This document shows, one piece after another, positions 10,616-18,648 of a DNA stretch of 64,000 nucleotides (position 1 is its first letter; each line of letters starts with the position of its first letter). A program made the position numbers and the translations under genes. The notes under the pieces were generated by a model. It searched no databases and was not told the DNA's origin. It saw only the letters and a program-made list of their open reading frames with translations. The stretch covers positions 22,013 to 86,012 of the forward strand of contig DAOUKJ010000069.1 in assembly GCA_034421435.1 (NCBI GenBank). Direction: 5' to 3'. The stretch is from Dehalococcoidia bacterium. GTDB taxonomy: Bacteria; Chloroflexota; Dehalococcoidia; Lucifugimonadales; UBA2985.

Positions 10616-10948
10616 ATGATCTCCCCTGAGCATTACACTTACAGAGTCACCTGGTCCTCCGAGGACGGCGAGTTCGTTGGGTTGTGCGCCGAGTTTCCCC
10701 TGCTGAGCTGGCTGGCGTCTTCCCAGGAAGACGCATTCTCCGGCATTCGGCAGTTGGTTGCGGATACAGTGGCGGATATGGAGTCCAACAACGAACGGCC
10801 CCCGGAGCCTTTGGCAGCCCGCGACTACAGCGGCAAGTTCATGGTCCGCGTGCCGCCGGAAACCCACCGCGCCCTTGCCATACGAGCCGCGGAGGAGGGC
10901 GTCAGCCTGAACCGGCTGGTGAGCGCCAAGCTCGCCAGCAGCCTGTAG
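10616..10948 (+). CDS. HicB-like antitoxin with C-terminal RHH domain (no hicA next to it)
   Basis: YTYRVTWSSEDGEFVGLCAEFPLLSWLASSQEDAFSGIRQLV… then …YSGKFMVRVPPETHRALAIRAAEEGVSLNRLVSAKLA, a highly characteristic HicB_lk plus RHH arrangement. Confidence 0.8.
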   Translation: MISPEHYTYRVTWSSEDGEFVGLCAEFPLLSWLASSQEDAFSGIRQLVADTVADMESNNERPPEPLAARDYSGKFMVRVPPETHRALAIRAAEEGVSLNRLVSAKLASSL

Positions 10949-11026
10949 CCCATGTCAGACTCCTCAACGCACCGCGATTCCTGTCAACGCCGGGACACGT
11001 CCGATAGTCAGGAGTGATTCATTTCC

Positions 11027-12904
11027 GTGAAGAGAGCACTATACGCCTTCCTCATTCTGGCGCTCATGGCCCAGCTGGCCTGCTCGGAACCGACGGCTGA
11101 CACGAGGGCAACCGCCACCCTAATACCCACTGGAACGCTGGAACCCACGAAGGCGTCCACTCAGATCCCAAGCGCTACACCTGCTCAGACGCCCAGCCCG
11201 ACACCGCCAGTCCCAACGGCAACCCCCGAATCAGCCAATAGTGCAACGGCGACCCCAACGCCCGCGGCGTCGGTCTCGCCCGGCGCTGATAGGGAGGCGC
11301 TGGTCGCCCTTTACCTGGCCACCGGTGGCCCCAACTGGAAACACCGTAGGAACTGGCTGAGTTCGGCAGAGATCGGAGACTGGTATGGGGTCACCGCCGA
11401 CGCCGATGGCCGTGTCATCGCGTTGGACCTCCGCAGCAACCTATTGGAGGGGGAGCTGCCGGCCGAACTGGGTGACCTCGACAACCTGGAGGAGCTGACT
11501 ATCCGGAAGAACCTGCTCAGTGGCGAGATACCACCCGAGTTGGGAGGCCTGTACAATCTGGAGGTCCTTGACCTCTACTCCAACGAGTTGAGCGGAGAGA
11601 TACCGGCGGAGCTGGGCCGCCTGACCAACCTGAGTAAGCTGGTACTGGGCTACAATTTCTTGAGCGGAGAGATACCGGCGGAGTTGGGGAATCTGACCAG
11701 GCTGGAAGAGCTCCACATCGGAGTGAACGAACTGACCGGCAAGATACCTCCTCAATTGGGAGACCTGGTCAATCTGCGAAGCATGGATCTCGGCGCCAAC
11801 CTGTTGGAAGGGGGGCTGCCATCCGAACTGGGCAACCTCGGCAACCTCGTGACGCTGGACATGGTCTCCAACCAGTTGACGGGTGAGATACCGCCTGAAC
11901 TGGGCAACCTGACAAGGGTCGAGGAACTGAAGCTCGACGGCAACCGGTTGACAGGCGGGATACCGCCGGAGTTGGGAAACCTTGTCTGGCTGCTGGAACT
12001 GGGCCTGAGCTGGAACGAGCTGAGCGGGTGCATACCGGACAGCCTGCGACTTCACTACTATCTCGCGGAAGAGCTCGATTTGGAGTTCTGTGCCCCAACG
12101 GAGGTTTCTCCCGCAGATGACAATAGAGACAAGGCCGATTACCTCGGACCAAGCGTCGAATACATTGATCCTGCGCTGGTTGCCCTGCTATATGATCACG
12201 CTGCCGGAGAGGCTACGCCGGCCACGGTCAGGCTGGCCCTTGGCTACTACCCCCATGAAGGTCTTGGGGGTCCCTCCTTGGAGGCATACATCGAGGAATC
12301 CGGAGGAACTCCTGAAGGCGAGCACATCTGGCTGATGCCCATCGGACTGGTTCCCTCGGTCATATGCCGCCCGGGCGTGTATTTCGCGGGCTTGGCAGAC
12401 CCCGACGGTATGCCGAGTCGTGAAAACCGGGAAACGCCGTACCAGAACCTGAACGCCGTCTTGAACGACGTCGTGGAGGCGCATCAGGGCGGTATGCCGG
12501 AAAGCCAGGCGGCGCTGTACGCCCTCTATATGCGCGGCAACTCCATAGCCGTCATCATTGAGGTTCCTGACGCCGAGATGGAGGGCAGAGTTCTCGACTG
12601 GCTTGTCCAGCGCGGCATCTACGCCATTCCCAATCCCTCGTCCACGGACGGGCTGTACTATGTGGGTGTCCTGCTCCCGGTGGGCCAGATTCTTCCTCTG
12701 GCGCAGCAATTCCCCGACGCATACCTGGATGCCTCAGATTTCAGGGGACAGGGCCTGCCCATGCTGCGGTCCCAGTGGCCAGCGGAGGCTCTCTATTTCG
12801 AGAAGTCCGTTACCCAGCCATTCCTTGACCCCGACTCCGACCCTGGTCGAATTGCGCCCGGCAGCGGCGTCATGCCCTGTTCTTCGGACACGGCAGGAAG
12901 GTAG
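11027..12904 (+). CDS. Lipoprotein with about 9 plant-specific-type leucine-rich repeats and an unknown C-terminal domain
   Basis: Signal peptide with lipobox (LMAQLA-C), P/T/A-rich linker, then 24-residue repeats LxxLxxLxLxxNxLxGEIPxELGx from about nt 11420 to 12050, followed by ~280 aa without motifs I recognise. Confidence 0.85.
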   Translation: MKRALYAFLILALMAQLACSEPTADTRATATLIPTGTLEPTKASTQIPSATPAQTPSPTPPVPTATPESANSATATPTPAASVSPGADREALVALYLATGGPNWKHRRNWLSSAEIGDWYGVTADADGRVIALDLRSNLLEGELPAELGDLDNLEELTIRKNLLSGEIPPELGGLYNLEVLDLYSNELSGEIPAELGRLTNLSKLVLGYNFLSGEIPAELGNLTRLEELHIGVNELTGKIPPQLGDLVNLRSMDLGANLLEGGLPSELGNLGNLVTLDMVSNQLTGEIPPELGNLTRVEELKLDGNRLTGGIPPELGNLVWLLELGLSWNELSGCIPDSLRLHYYLAEELDLEFCAPTEVSPADDNRDKADYLGPSVEYIDPALVALLYDHAAGEATPATVRLALGYYPHEGLGGPSLEAYIEESGGTPEGEHIWLMPIGLVPSVICRPGVYFAGLADPDGMPSRENRETPYQNLNAVLNDVVEAHQGGMPESQAALYALYMRGNSIAVIIEVPDAEMEGRVLDWLVQRGIYAIPNPSSTDGLYYVGVLLPVGQILPLAQQFPDAYLDASDFRGQGLPMLRSQWPAEALYFEKSVTQPFLDPDSDPGRIAPGSGVMPCSSDTAGR

Positions 12905-12975
12905 CGGAACGGATGGGTAGCTCCGCCGGTGAGCATTGCAGGGGTGTTGGAGGCGGAGACGGAAGTCGCTTGCCA

Positions 12976-13221
12976 CCCGCTCATATGGTTCGACAGGCTC
13001 ACCCCCGCATCGGGGTGCGGGGCAGGCTATGAGCGGGCCAACCCATCCCGCTCACCCCCGTATCAAGTACGGGGCAGGCTCTGAGCGGGCGAAGGGCTAG
13101 AGCGGGGTTTACCTTCCCGCTCAGATGGTTCGACACGCTCACCATGAGCGGGCTTTGGAGGCTCACCACAAGTAGCCCACCCATCCCGCTCACCCTGAGC
13201 ATGTCGAAGGGCGTGAACGGG
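12976..13221. repeat. Cluster of four REP-like hairpin units
   Basis: Units at 12976..13037 (composite with inner hairpin ccccgcatcggggtgcgggg), 13047..13089, 13116..13152 and 13184..13221. All are bounded by CCCGCTCA…TGA(G/A)CGGG. Confidence 0.85.
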
Positions 13222-13236
13222 CGTAGTCACGCACCC

Positions 13237-13800
13237 CTACTCCCCCGCAGCCAGCCCCAGCTGTCCCGCGACGGGCTTGAGCGACTCCACCACGAACTCG
13301 ATGAGGTCGTCCAGCTCAACGCCAAGGTCTGCGGCGCCCTCCACCAGGTCGTCGCGGTTCACGTTGCGGGCAAACGCCTTGTCCTTCATCTTGCGGCGCA
13401 CGGCGCGGGCGTCGGTGTCGGCCAGGCTCTTGGTCGGCCTCACTAGTGCCACGGCGGTCACGAAGCCCGACAGCTCGTCGACGGCGAAGAGCGCCTTCTC
13501 CATCAGGCTCTCGCGGGCGACGCCGGTGTGGTTGCCGTGGGACAGGACGGCGCGAACGATGACGTCCGGATAGCCGCGCTCCCGCAGGATGGCCGCGCCG
13601 AACTCCGGGTGCTGGTCATCCGATGGGCACGCGTCCCAGTCGAAGTCGTGGAGCATTCCAGCGATGCCCCACGTCTCCTCGTCCTCGCCCACGCTGCGGG
13701 CGTAGGCGCGCATCGACGCCTCAACCGCAATGCAGTGCTTGAGCAGCCGCTCGGACTGAGCGAACTCCTGGACCAGGGCCCATGCAGTGTCTCTATCCAT
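13237..13800 (-). CDS. HD-domain phosphohydrolase
   Basis: 187 aa. …LKHCIAVEASMRAYA… and …GMLHDFDWD… give the H…HD metal-binding pattern. Confidence 0.8.
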   Translation of the reverse strand: MDRDTAWALVQEFAQSERLLKHCIAVEASMRAYARSVGEDEETWGIAGMLHDFDWDACPSDDQHPEFGAAILRERGYPDVIVRAVLSHGNHTGVARESLMEKALFAVDELSGFVTAVALVRPTKSLADTDARAVRRKMKDKAFARNVNRDDLVEGAADLGVELDDLIEFVVESLKPVAGQLGLAAGE

Positions 13801-13837
13801 GTCATCCTCCTTGCGAGGGATTTGTGTACCTCAGAGT

Positions 13838-13935
13838 CCCTTCCCCCGTCTGCGGGGGAAGGTTAGGATGGGGGCCGCTTGAACGCCGCGCGGTTCACCC
13901 CCATCTCAATCTTCCCCCATCAAGGGGGAAGAGGG
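13838..13935. repeat. Second repeat family, two units in inverted orientation (CCCTTCCCCCG…CGGGGGAAGGTTAGGATGGGGG)
   Basis: 13838..13874 and 13898..13935 are reverse complements of one another (imperfect). A related unit occurs at 39091..39127. Confidence 0.7.
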
Positions 13936-13957
13936 TTCGGTGTCCGCCGGGCGCGGC

Positions 13958-14806
13958 TCAGTCGCCGGCGTCTTCACCGGCTGCCGGCTCCTCCTTCGGG
14001 TCGCACTTGCGCGCGGTGGTGATGAAGCCGGTGTGCGCGATCATCCGGTGCGCCGGCCTCACGCTGCGCCTCGTAACCGACCACGGTCTTGTGAGCACCT
14101 CCACGGTCTCCATCATCTCGAAGTTGGGGTTCTCGGCCAGCGCCTCGTAGAGCTGGTACACCTGGAGTATGGTCGGCAGGTAGCCGAGGAAGATGCCGCC
14201 GGGCGCCAGCGACACGGCCGCGTGCGGCACAACGTGCCACGGCTCCGGCACGTCCAGCACGATGCGGTCCAGCCCCGTCTCCTCGACGCCCTCGTACACG
14301 TCCTTCAACCTGACCTCCAGGTTGGCTGCCTGCGGGACCAGCGTGTGGATGTTGGCCTTTGCACCATCGAACAGCTCCGGCCTGATCTCGTAGGTGGTGA
14401 CGTGGCCGCGCTCGCCGACGGCCCTCAGCAGCGCGATGGTGAGCGCGCCGGAGCCCAGGCCCGCCTCCAGCACGCGCGCTCCGGGGAATATGTCGCCGTG
14501 CATCAGGATGGCGCCCAGGTCCTTGCCGTAGATCACCTGGGTCTGGTGTGGCATCTCCTCCACGAAGTCGCCGAGCGTGGGCGAGAAGGCCAGCAGCACA
14601 TGGCCGGTTGTGGTGTTCAGGCGTGCGCCCTGCGTGCGGCCTATCAGGTCGTTGTGGTCGATGGCGCCCACGTGCGTGTGGAACGACTTGTACCTCTCGA
14701 GCGTTATGAGGTAGCGCCTGCCGCGCCTGTCCACCAGGAGAGCGGGGTCGCCCTCGGCAAACGGGCGCGGCCCATTCAGGCCGTCAGGGCTATCGGCGGG
14801 TGCCAT
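13958..14806 (-). CDS. trmI: tRNA (adenine58-N1)-methyltransferase
   Basis: 282 aa. GCD14/TrmI N-domain (…RYLITLERYKSFHTHVGAIDHNDLIG…) and SAM motif VLEAGLGSGALT. Confidence 0.85.
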   Translation of the reverse strand: MAPADSPDGLNGPRPFAEGDPALLVDRRGRRYLITLERYKSFHTHVGAIDHNDLIGRTQGARLNTTTGHVLLAFSPTLGDFVEEMPHQTQVIYGKDLGAILMHGDIFPGARVLEAGLGSGALTIALLRAVGERGHVTTYEIRPELFDGAKANIHTLVPQAANLEVRLKDVYEGVEETGLDRIVLDVPEPWHVVPHAAVSLAPGGIFLGYLPTILQVYQLYEALAENPNFEMMETVEVLTRPWSVTRRSVRPAHRMIAHTGFITTARKCDPKEEPAAGEDAGD

Positions 14807-14827
14807 GCGAGAGCGCGGCGGAGTCGG

Positions 14828-15286
14828 CTAAAGCCGGTCCAGCTCCTCCAGGATCTCCTTGGGATCGGGCAGGCCCTGCGTGTAGACCCTCTTGTACCTG
14901 ATGACGCCCTCTTTGTCGATGATGATGACGGCGCGCATGGTGACGCCCCGCTCCTCGTTGTAGATGCCGAACAGCTGCGACACGTAGCCCTTGGGATGGA
15001 AGTCGGCCAGGAGTGGGTAGGGCAGGTTGCCCAGGCCCGTTGCGAAGGCCCTCTGCGTGGGTGCGCTGTCGACGCTCATGCCCAGAACCTGGGCATCCTT
15101 CTCCTCGAACCGGCGGTTCTCCAGCCGGAACCCGGAGCACTGGTGCGTTCAACCGCCTGTGAAGGACAGGACGTGCGTCTGAAGGACCACGATCTTCTGC
15201 CCGAGGTACTGGCTCAGGGTGACGTCCTCGCCCGTGTGGGAGCGGAGTGTAAAGTCGGGCGCCTTGTCTCCTACTTCTGCCGGCAT
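14828..15286 (-). CDS. Peroxiredoxin (AhpE/BCP-like) with in-frame UGA (Sec) at the peroxidatic position; 152 aa if UGA is decoded
   Basis: ORFs 15149..15478 (real ATG 15286, AGGAGG 6 nt upstream) and 14828..15079 are in one frame. They are separated only by TGA 15151..15149 and 23 open codons: …VLSFTGG-U-THQCSGFRLENRRFEEKDAQVLG-MSVDSAP…AVIIIDKEGVIRY…. Confidence 0.75.
15110..15143 (-). promoter_or_regulatory. Candidate bacterial SECIS hairpin downstream of the UGA
   Basis: The RNA after UGA can fold in two ways. One is CCAG(UGCU)CCGG-GUU-CCGG-CUGG (nt +9..+31). The other is CCGGC-UGGAGAACC-GCCGG (+24..+42). Both have G-containing apical loops about 18-27 nt from the UGA. Hand-folded only. 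Confidence 0.4.
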
Positions 15287-15398
15287 GGGAGACCTCCTGT
15301 AGGTGATGCGTGCATTATACCTGAATGGGCGAGGTCTTGCGATGCTGCGGCGGATGCAACCGTCCGTTAGCCTTAGGCGGCTGACGGATATCAGCCTT

Positions 15399-15839
15399 GG
15401 CCCGCTCATGGTGAGCCGGTCGAACCATATGGGCGGGCCATCGAGCAAATGCGGCTGTTCGCTCACTCCCTTCGACAAGCTCAGGGTGAGCGGACAATCT
15501 CGGCCCCCTCATGGTGGGCCTGTCGAACCATATGGGCGGGCCATCGAGCAAATGTGCCCGTCCGCTCACGCCCTTCGACAAGCTAAGGGTGAGCGGATAA
15601 TCTCGGCCCGCTCATGGTGAGCCTGTCGAACCATATGGGCGGGCCATCGAGCAAATGCGACCTTCCACTCACTCCCCTCGACAAGCTCATGGTGAGCGGT
15701 TAGTCTCGGCCCGCTCATTGCTGCATTCGCAAGCCCGCTCATGGTGAGCCCAGTCGAACCAGATGAGCGGGCGGGCGGGTGTGCTAGCCGGTACAGCACG
15801 CCCCGCTCACGCTGAGCTTGTCGAAGCGGGTGAGCGGGG
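15399..15839. repeat. Tandem array: 3 x 103-bp units (15399, 15502, 15605), each made of two REP-like hairpins, plus 2-3 further single units
   Basis: The unit start ggcccgctcatgg recurs at 15399, 15502, 15605 and 15708 (period 103). Additional units are at 15734..15770 and 15801..15839. Confidence 0.9.
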
Positions 15840-15868
15840 CGTTGCGTATGCCTCAGTTGAGCGCCTCG

Positions 15869-17107
15869 TTAGGAGGTGGATCGCTCGCTGCGCGGGTCCT
15901 TGGCCAAGCCCTGAGACGTGCGGTCGATGATGATGGCCAGGATGACGATGCCCAAGCCGGCCAGCAGGCCCTTGCCTAGCTCCAGCTGGGATATGCCGTC
16001 GAACACGGCCGTTCCCAGGCCAGGCGCGCCCACCAGTGCGGCTATCACCACCATCGCAAGCGCCATCATGATGGTCTGGTTGACCCCTGCCATGATGGTG
16101 GGCCTTGCCAGCGGAAGCTGGATCTTCACCAGAAGCTGCCACGGCGTGGTGCCGAACGACCTTGCGGCCTCCACCAGCTCTGGCGAGACCAGGCGTATGC
16201 CTAGGTTTGTGAGCCTCATGGCGGGAGGTATGGCGTAGACCATCGTCGCCATCACCGCAGGAGACTTGCCGATTCCCAGGAAGAATATGACCGGGATGAG
16301 GTACACGAATGCCGGCATCACCTGCATCAGGTCCAGCATGGGCCGCATGGCAGCCTGGAACCGGTCGCTCTTGGCCATCAGGATGCCCAGCGGGATGGCC
16401 ACCAGGACTGACATCCCGGTTGCGGTGCCGACCACGGCGATTGTTCGCATGGAGTCGTCCCACAGGTCGAAGATCATGATGCCGGCCAAGCCCACCACCG
16501 AGATGACGGCTATGCGCGTGCCGCTGGTCTTCCAGGCCACAAGGGAGACGCACGCAATGGTGAGCCACCAGGGCAGGGCAATTAGACCCCTCTCCAGCGG
16601 CACCAGTATCTTGTTCATGCCATTCCTGACCGACTGGAAGAACGGCCTCCATTGCTCCACCATCCAGTCGACCCTGTCGTCCAGCCAGTTGTCCAGCCCG
16701 CCGGGGCGGACCTCCAGACCCAGCACGTGCACCGAGAGGGGCTTCACGATGACCTCACGGTCGTTCACCTGCACCTCCTGGCCGGGGGCGCGGAACGGGA
16801 ACGAGTCCGCGGGGCCCATGACGGCAAGCAGGGTGAACAGCGCCACCACCAGGCCTCCGGCAACTCGCCACGGCCAAGAGTCCAGCGACTTGAGTGTGTG
16901 CCACACTATTGCCCCCATGGCAATGACAAAGAGCCAGAGAAACAGCCGTGGAAAGAAGTTGATTATTGTAGGTCCCTCCAGGTGGACCCAGAGGTCCCAA
17001 ATGAGAAAGGCTGCCACCACCGCGAAGCCGAATCGCAGGCCCCACTGCCGCAGGGATGCAACTCCGCCCAACGTGCGTACTGTGCTCATACTACGAGGAA
17101 TATCCAT
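15869..17107 (-). CDS. proW: Glycine betaine/proline-type ABC transporter permease
   Basis: 412 aa. Multi-TM with the EAA-type loop …LVEAARSFGTTPWQLLVKIQLPLARPTIMAGVNQ…, typical of ProW/OpuAB. Confidence 0.85.
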   Translation of the reverse strand: MDIPRSMSTVRTLGGVASLRQWGLRFGFAVVAAFLIWDLWVHLEGPTIINFFPRLFLWLFVIAMGAIVWHTLKSLDSWPWRVAGGLVVALFTLLAVMGPADSFPFRAPGQEVQVNDREVIVKPLSVHVLGLEVRPGGLDNWLDDRVDWMVEQWRPFFQSVRNGMNKILVPLERGLIALPWWLTIACVSLVAWKTSGTRIAVISVVGLAGIMIFDLWDDSMRTIAVVGTATGMSVLVAIPLGILMAKSDRFQAAMRPMLDLMQVMPAFVYLIPVIFFLGIGKSPAVMATMVYAIPPAMRLTNLGIRLVSPELVEAARSFGTTPWQLLVKIQLPLARPTIMAGVNQTIMMALAMVVIAALVGAPGLGTAVFDGISQLELGKGLLAGLGIVILAIIIDRTSQGLAKDPRSERSTS

Positions 17108-17178
17108 TACATCCTCCTTGCGCTGTCTCGCCGGGCCGTCCCGGTATTGATTTCGCGTTTGGGTCCGCTATGGCGTCC

Positions 17179-18462
17179 TCAACGTACCGCGCTCTCGCGG
17201 CTTGCTTCTGCCGTCTGATGGTTGCTGGCCAGGCTGGTCAGGAGGGCGGTCCTGGGTATGACGCCCAGTAGCCTGCCGTCCTCGTCCACAACCGAGATGG
17301 GATGCTCCGTCGCCGCCGCCAGCGGGACAAGGTCGTCGATGGAGGTCTCCGGCGGAACCCGCGGACTCGCCGGGGACTCCGGGTAGTCCAGGTCCTGCAG
17401 GCTTTCGACGCCGCGCCCGGCAGCCTCCGCCGCCTGCGCGGCGGTGATCATGCCCATGAATCCGTCCGCAGCGTCCACCACCGATGCTACCTCCGCACCC
17501 GTGCCTCGCATGGCGTCCAGCGCGGTAGACGGCGACTGGGTTGCGAGGGCCTTCACCGCTGGGTCCTCCATGATGCTGCCGGCACCCATGAGTCGCGTCT
17601 TGGAAACGTCCCGTATGAAGTCCTCAACGTAGGCGTCGGCAGGCCGCTCGACTATGTCCTCCGGTGCGCCCATCTGGATGATCTTGCCGTCTCTCATGAT
17701 GGCGATGCGAGTGCCAAGCTTCAGGGCCTCGTCGAGGTCATGGGTGATGAAGATGATCGTCTTCTGAATGCGCTGCTGAAGGTTGATCAGCTCGTCCTGC
17801 ATCTCACGGCGGATGAGCGGGTCCAGGGCGCTGAAGGGCTCGTCCATGAGCAGGATCTCGGGGTCGACGGTGAGGGCCCGAGCCAGACCCACGCGCTGCT
17901 GCATGCCGCCGCTGAGCTCCGTGGCAAAGGCGTTCTCCCAGCCCTGCAGGCCCACGATTTCCAGGGACTGCCGGGCGCGCTCATGGCGGTCGCGTCTGTT
18001 CATGCCCTGGACCTCGAGGCCCCATGCGGCGTTGTCGATTATGGTGCGATGCGGGAGCAGCCCGAAGTGCTGGAACACCATGGCGGACTTGCGTCGTCGG
18101 AACTGCGTGAGCTGCTTGTCGTTGTACTGGAGGACGTCTTCGCCGTCGATCCATATCTGGCCTGCGGTCGGCTCGATGAGGCGGATGAGGCACCGAATGA
18201 GCGTGGACTTGCCGCTGCCGGAGAGGCCCATCACCACGAAAGTCTCGCCAAGGCCTACGTCAAAGCTGACGTCCTGCAGCGCCACCACGCACCCCAGCTC
18301 GGCTTGTATGTCGGCCTTGGATTGGCCTTCGTACTCCCCCGTCATCACGCGCTCAGGCATTGGCCCGAACACCTTCCAGAGGTCACGTACCGAGATTCTG
18401 GTCCCGGTGACGTCGGGCGAAAGGGTAGCTGTACTCTGCTGAAGCCCGTTCTCCGTGCTCAA
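17179..18462 (-). CDS. proV: Glycine betaine/proline-type ABC transporter ATPase with C-terminal CBS pair
   Basis: Walker A GLSGSGKST, signature LSGGMQQRVGLARAL, Walker B ILLMDEPFSALD, then CBS-like repeats. A TTG at 18462 sits 6 nt after AGGAGG; the ORF-track start 18570 is probably too far upstream. Confidence 0.85.
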   Translation of the reverse strand: MSTENGLQQSTATLSPDVTGTRISVRDLWKVFGPMPERVMTGEYEGQSKADIQAELGCVVALQDVSFDVGLGETFVVMGLSGSGKSTLIRCLIRLIEPTAGQIWIDGEDVLQYNDKQLTQFRRRKSAMVFQHFGLLPHRTIIDNAAWGLEVQGMNRRDRHERARQSLEIVGLQGWENAFATELSGGMQQRVGLARALTVDPEILLMDEPFSALDPLIRREMQDELINLQQRIQKTIIFITHDLDEALKLGTRIAIMRDGKIIQMGAPEDIVERPADAYVEDFIRDVSKTRLMGAGSIMEDPAVKALATQSPSTALDAMRGTGAEVASVVDAADGFMGMITAAQAAEAAGRGVESLQDLDYPESPASPRVPPETSIDDLVPLAAATEHPISVVDEDGRLLGVIPRTALLTSLASNHQTAEASRESAVR

Positions 18463-18648
18463 TTTCAACCTCCTACCAGGTCTCGAGGGTTGACGAGCCC
18501 TCCGGGGCCGTCCCCTCGCCGCTCTATCGCTCCCTGCGACTGCCGAAACCGGTAATCCTGGCGGATCCATGCCTCCCGTGGAGTCTCCTCTGTGGTGCAG
18601 TCTGCATTGGCTGCCGCGAGGCGCTCCGGAGGCGGTATTGAGATGGAG

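Noticed and set aside
15315-15799. ORFs 15315..15581 and 15566..15799 (and 12999..13202, 51618..52196, 47773..48048) with recurring peptide strings such as VRQAHHERA, FDKLRVSG, LVEGSE.
   Set aside because: They are translations of the REP-like repeat units. The same peptides arise wherever the repeat occurs, in either orientation, and there is no SD or coding context.
15399-15839. Regularly spaced repeats, considered as a possible CRISPR array.
   Set aside because: The whole 103-bp period is homologous between units, so there are no unique spacers. The repeats are the dispersed REP family, and no cas genes are present in the window.
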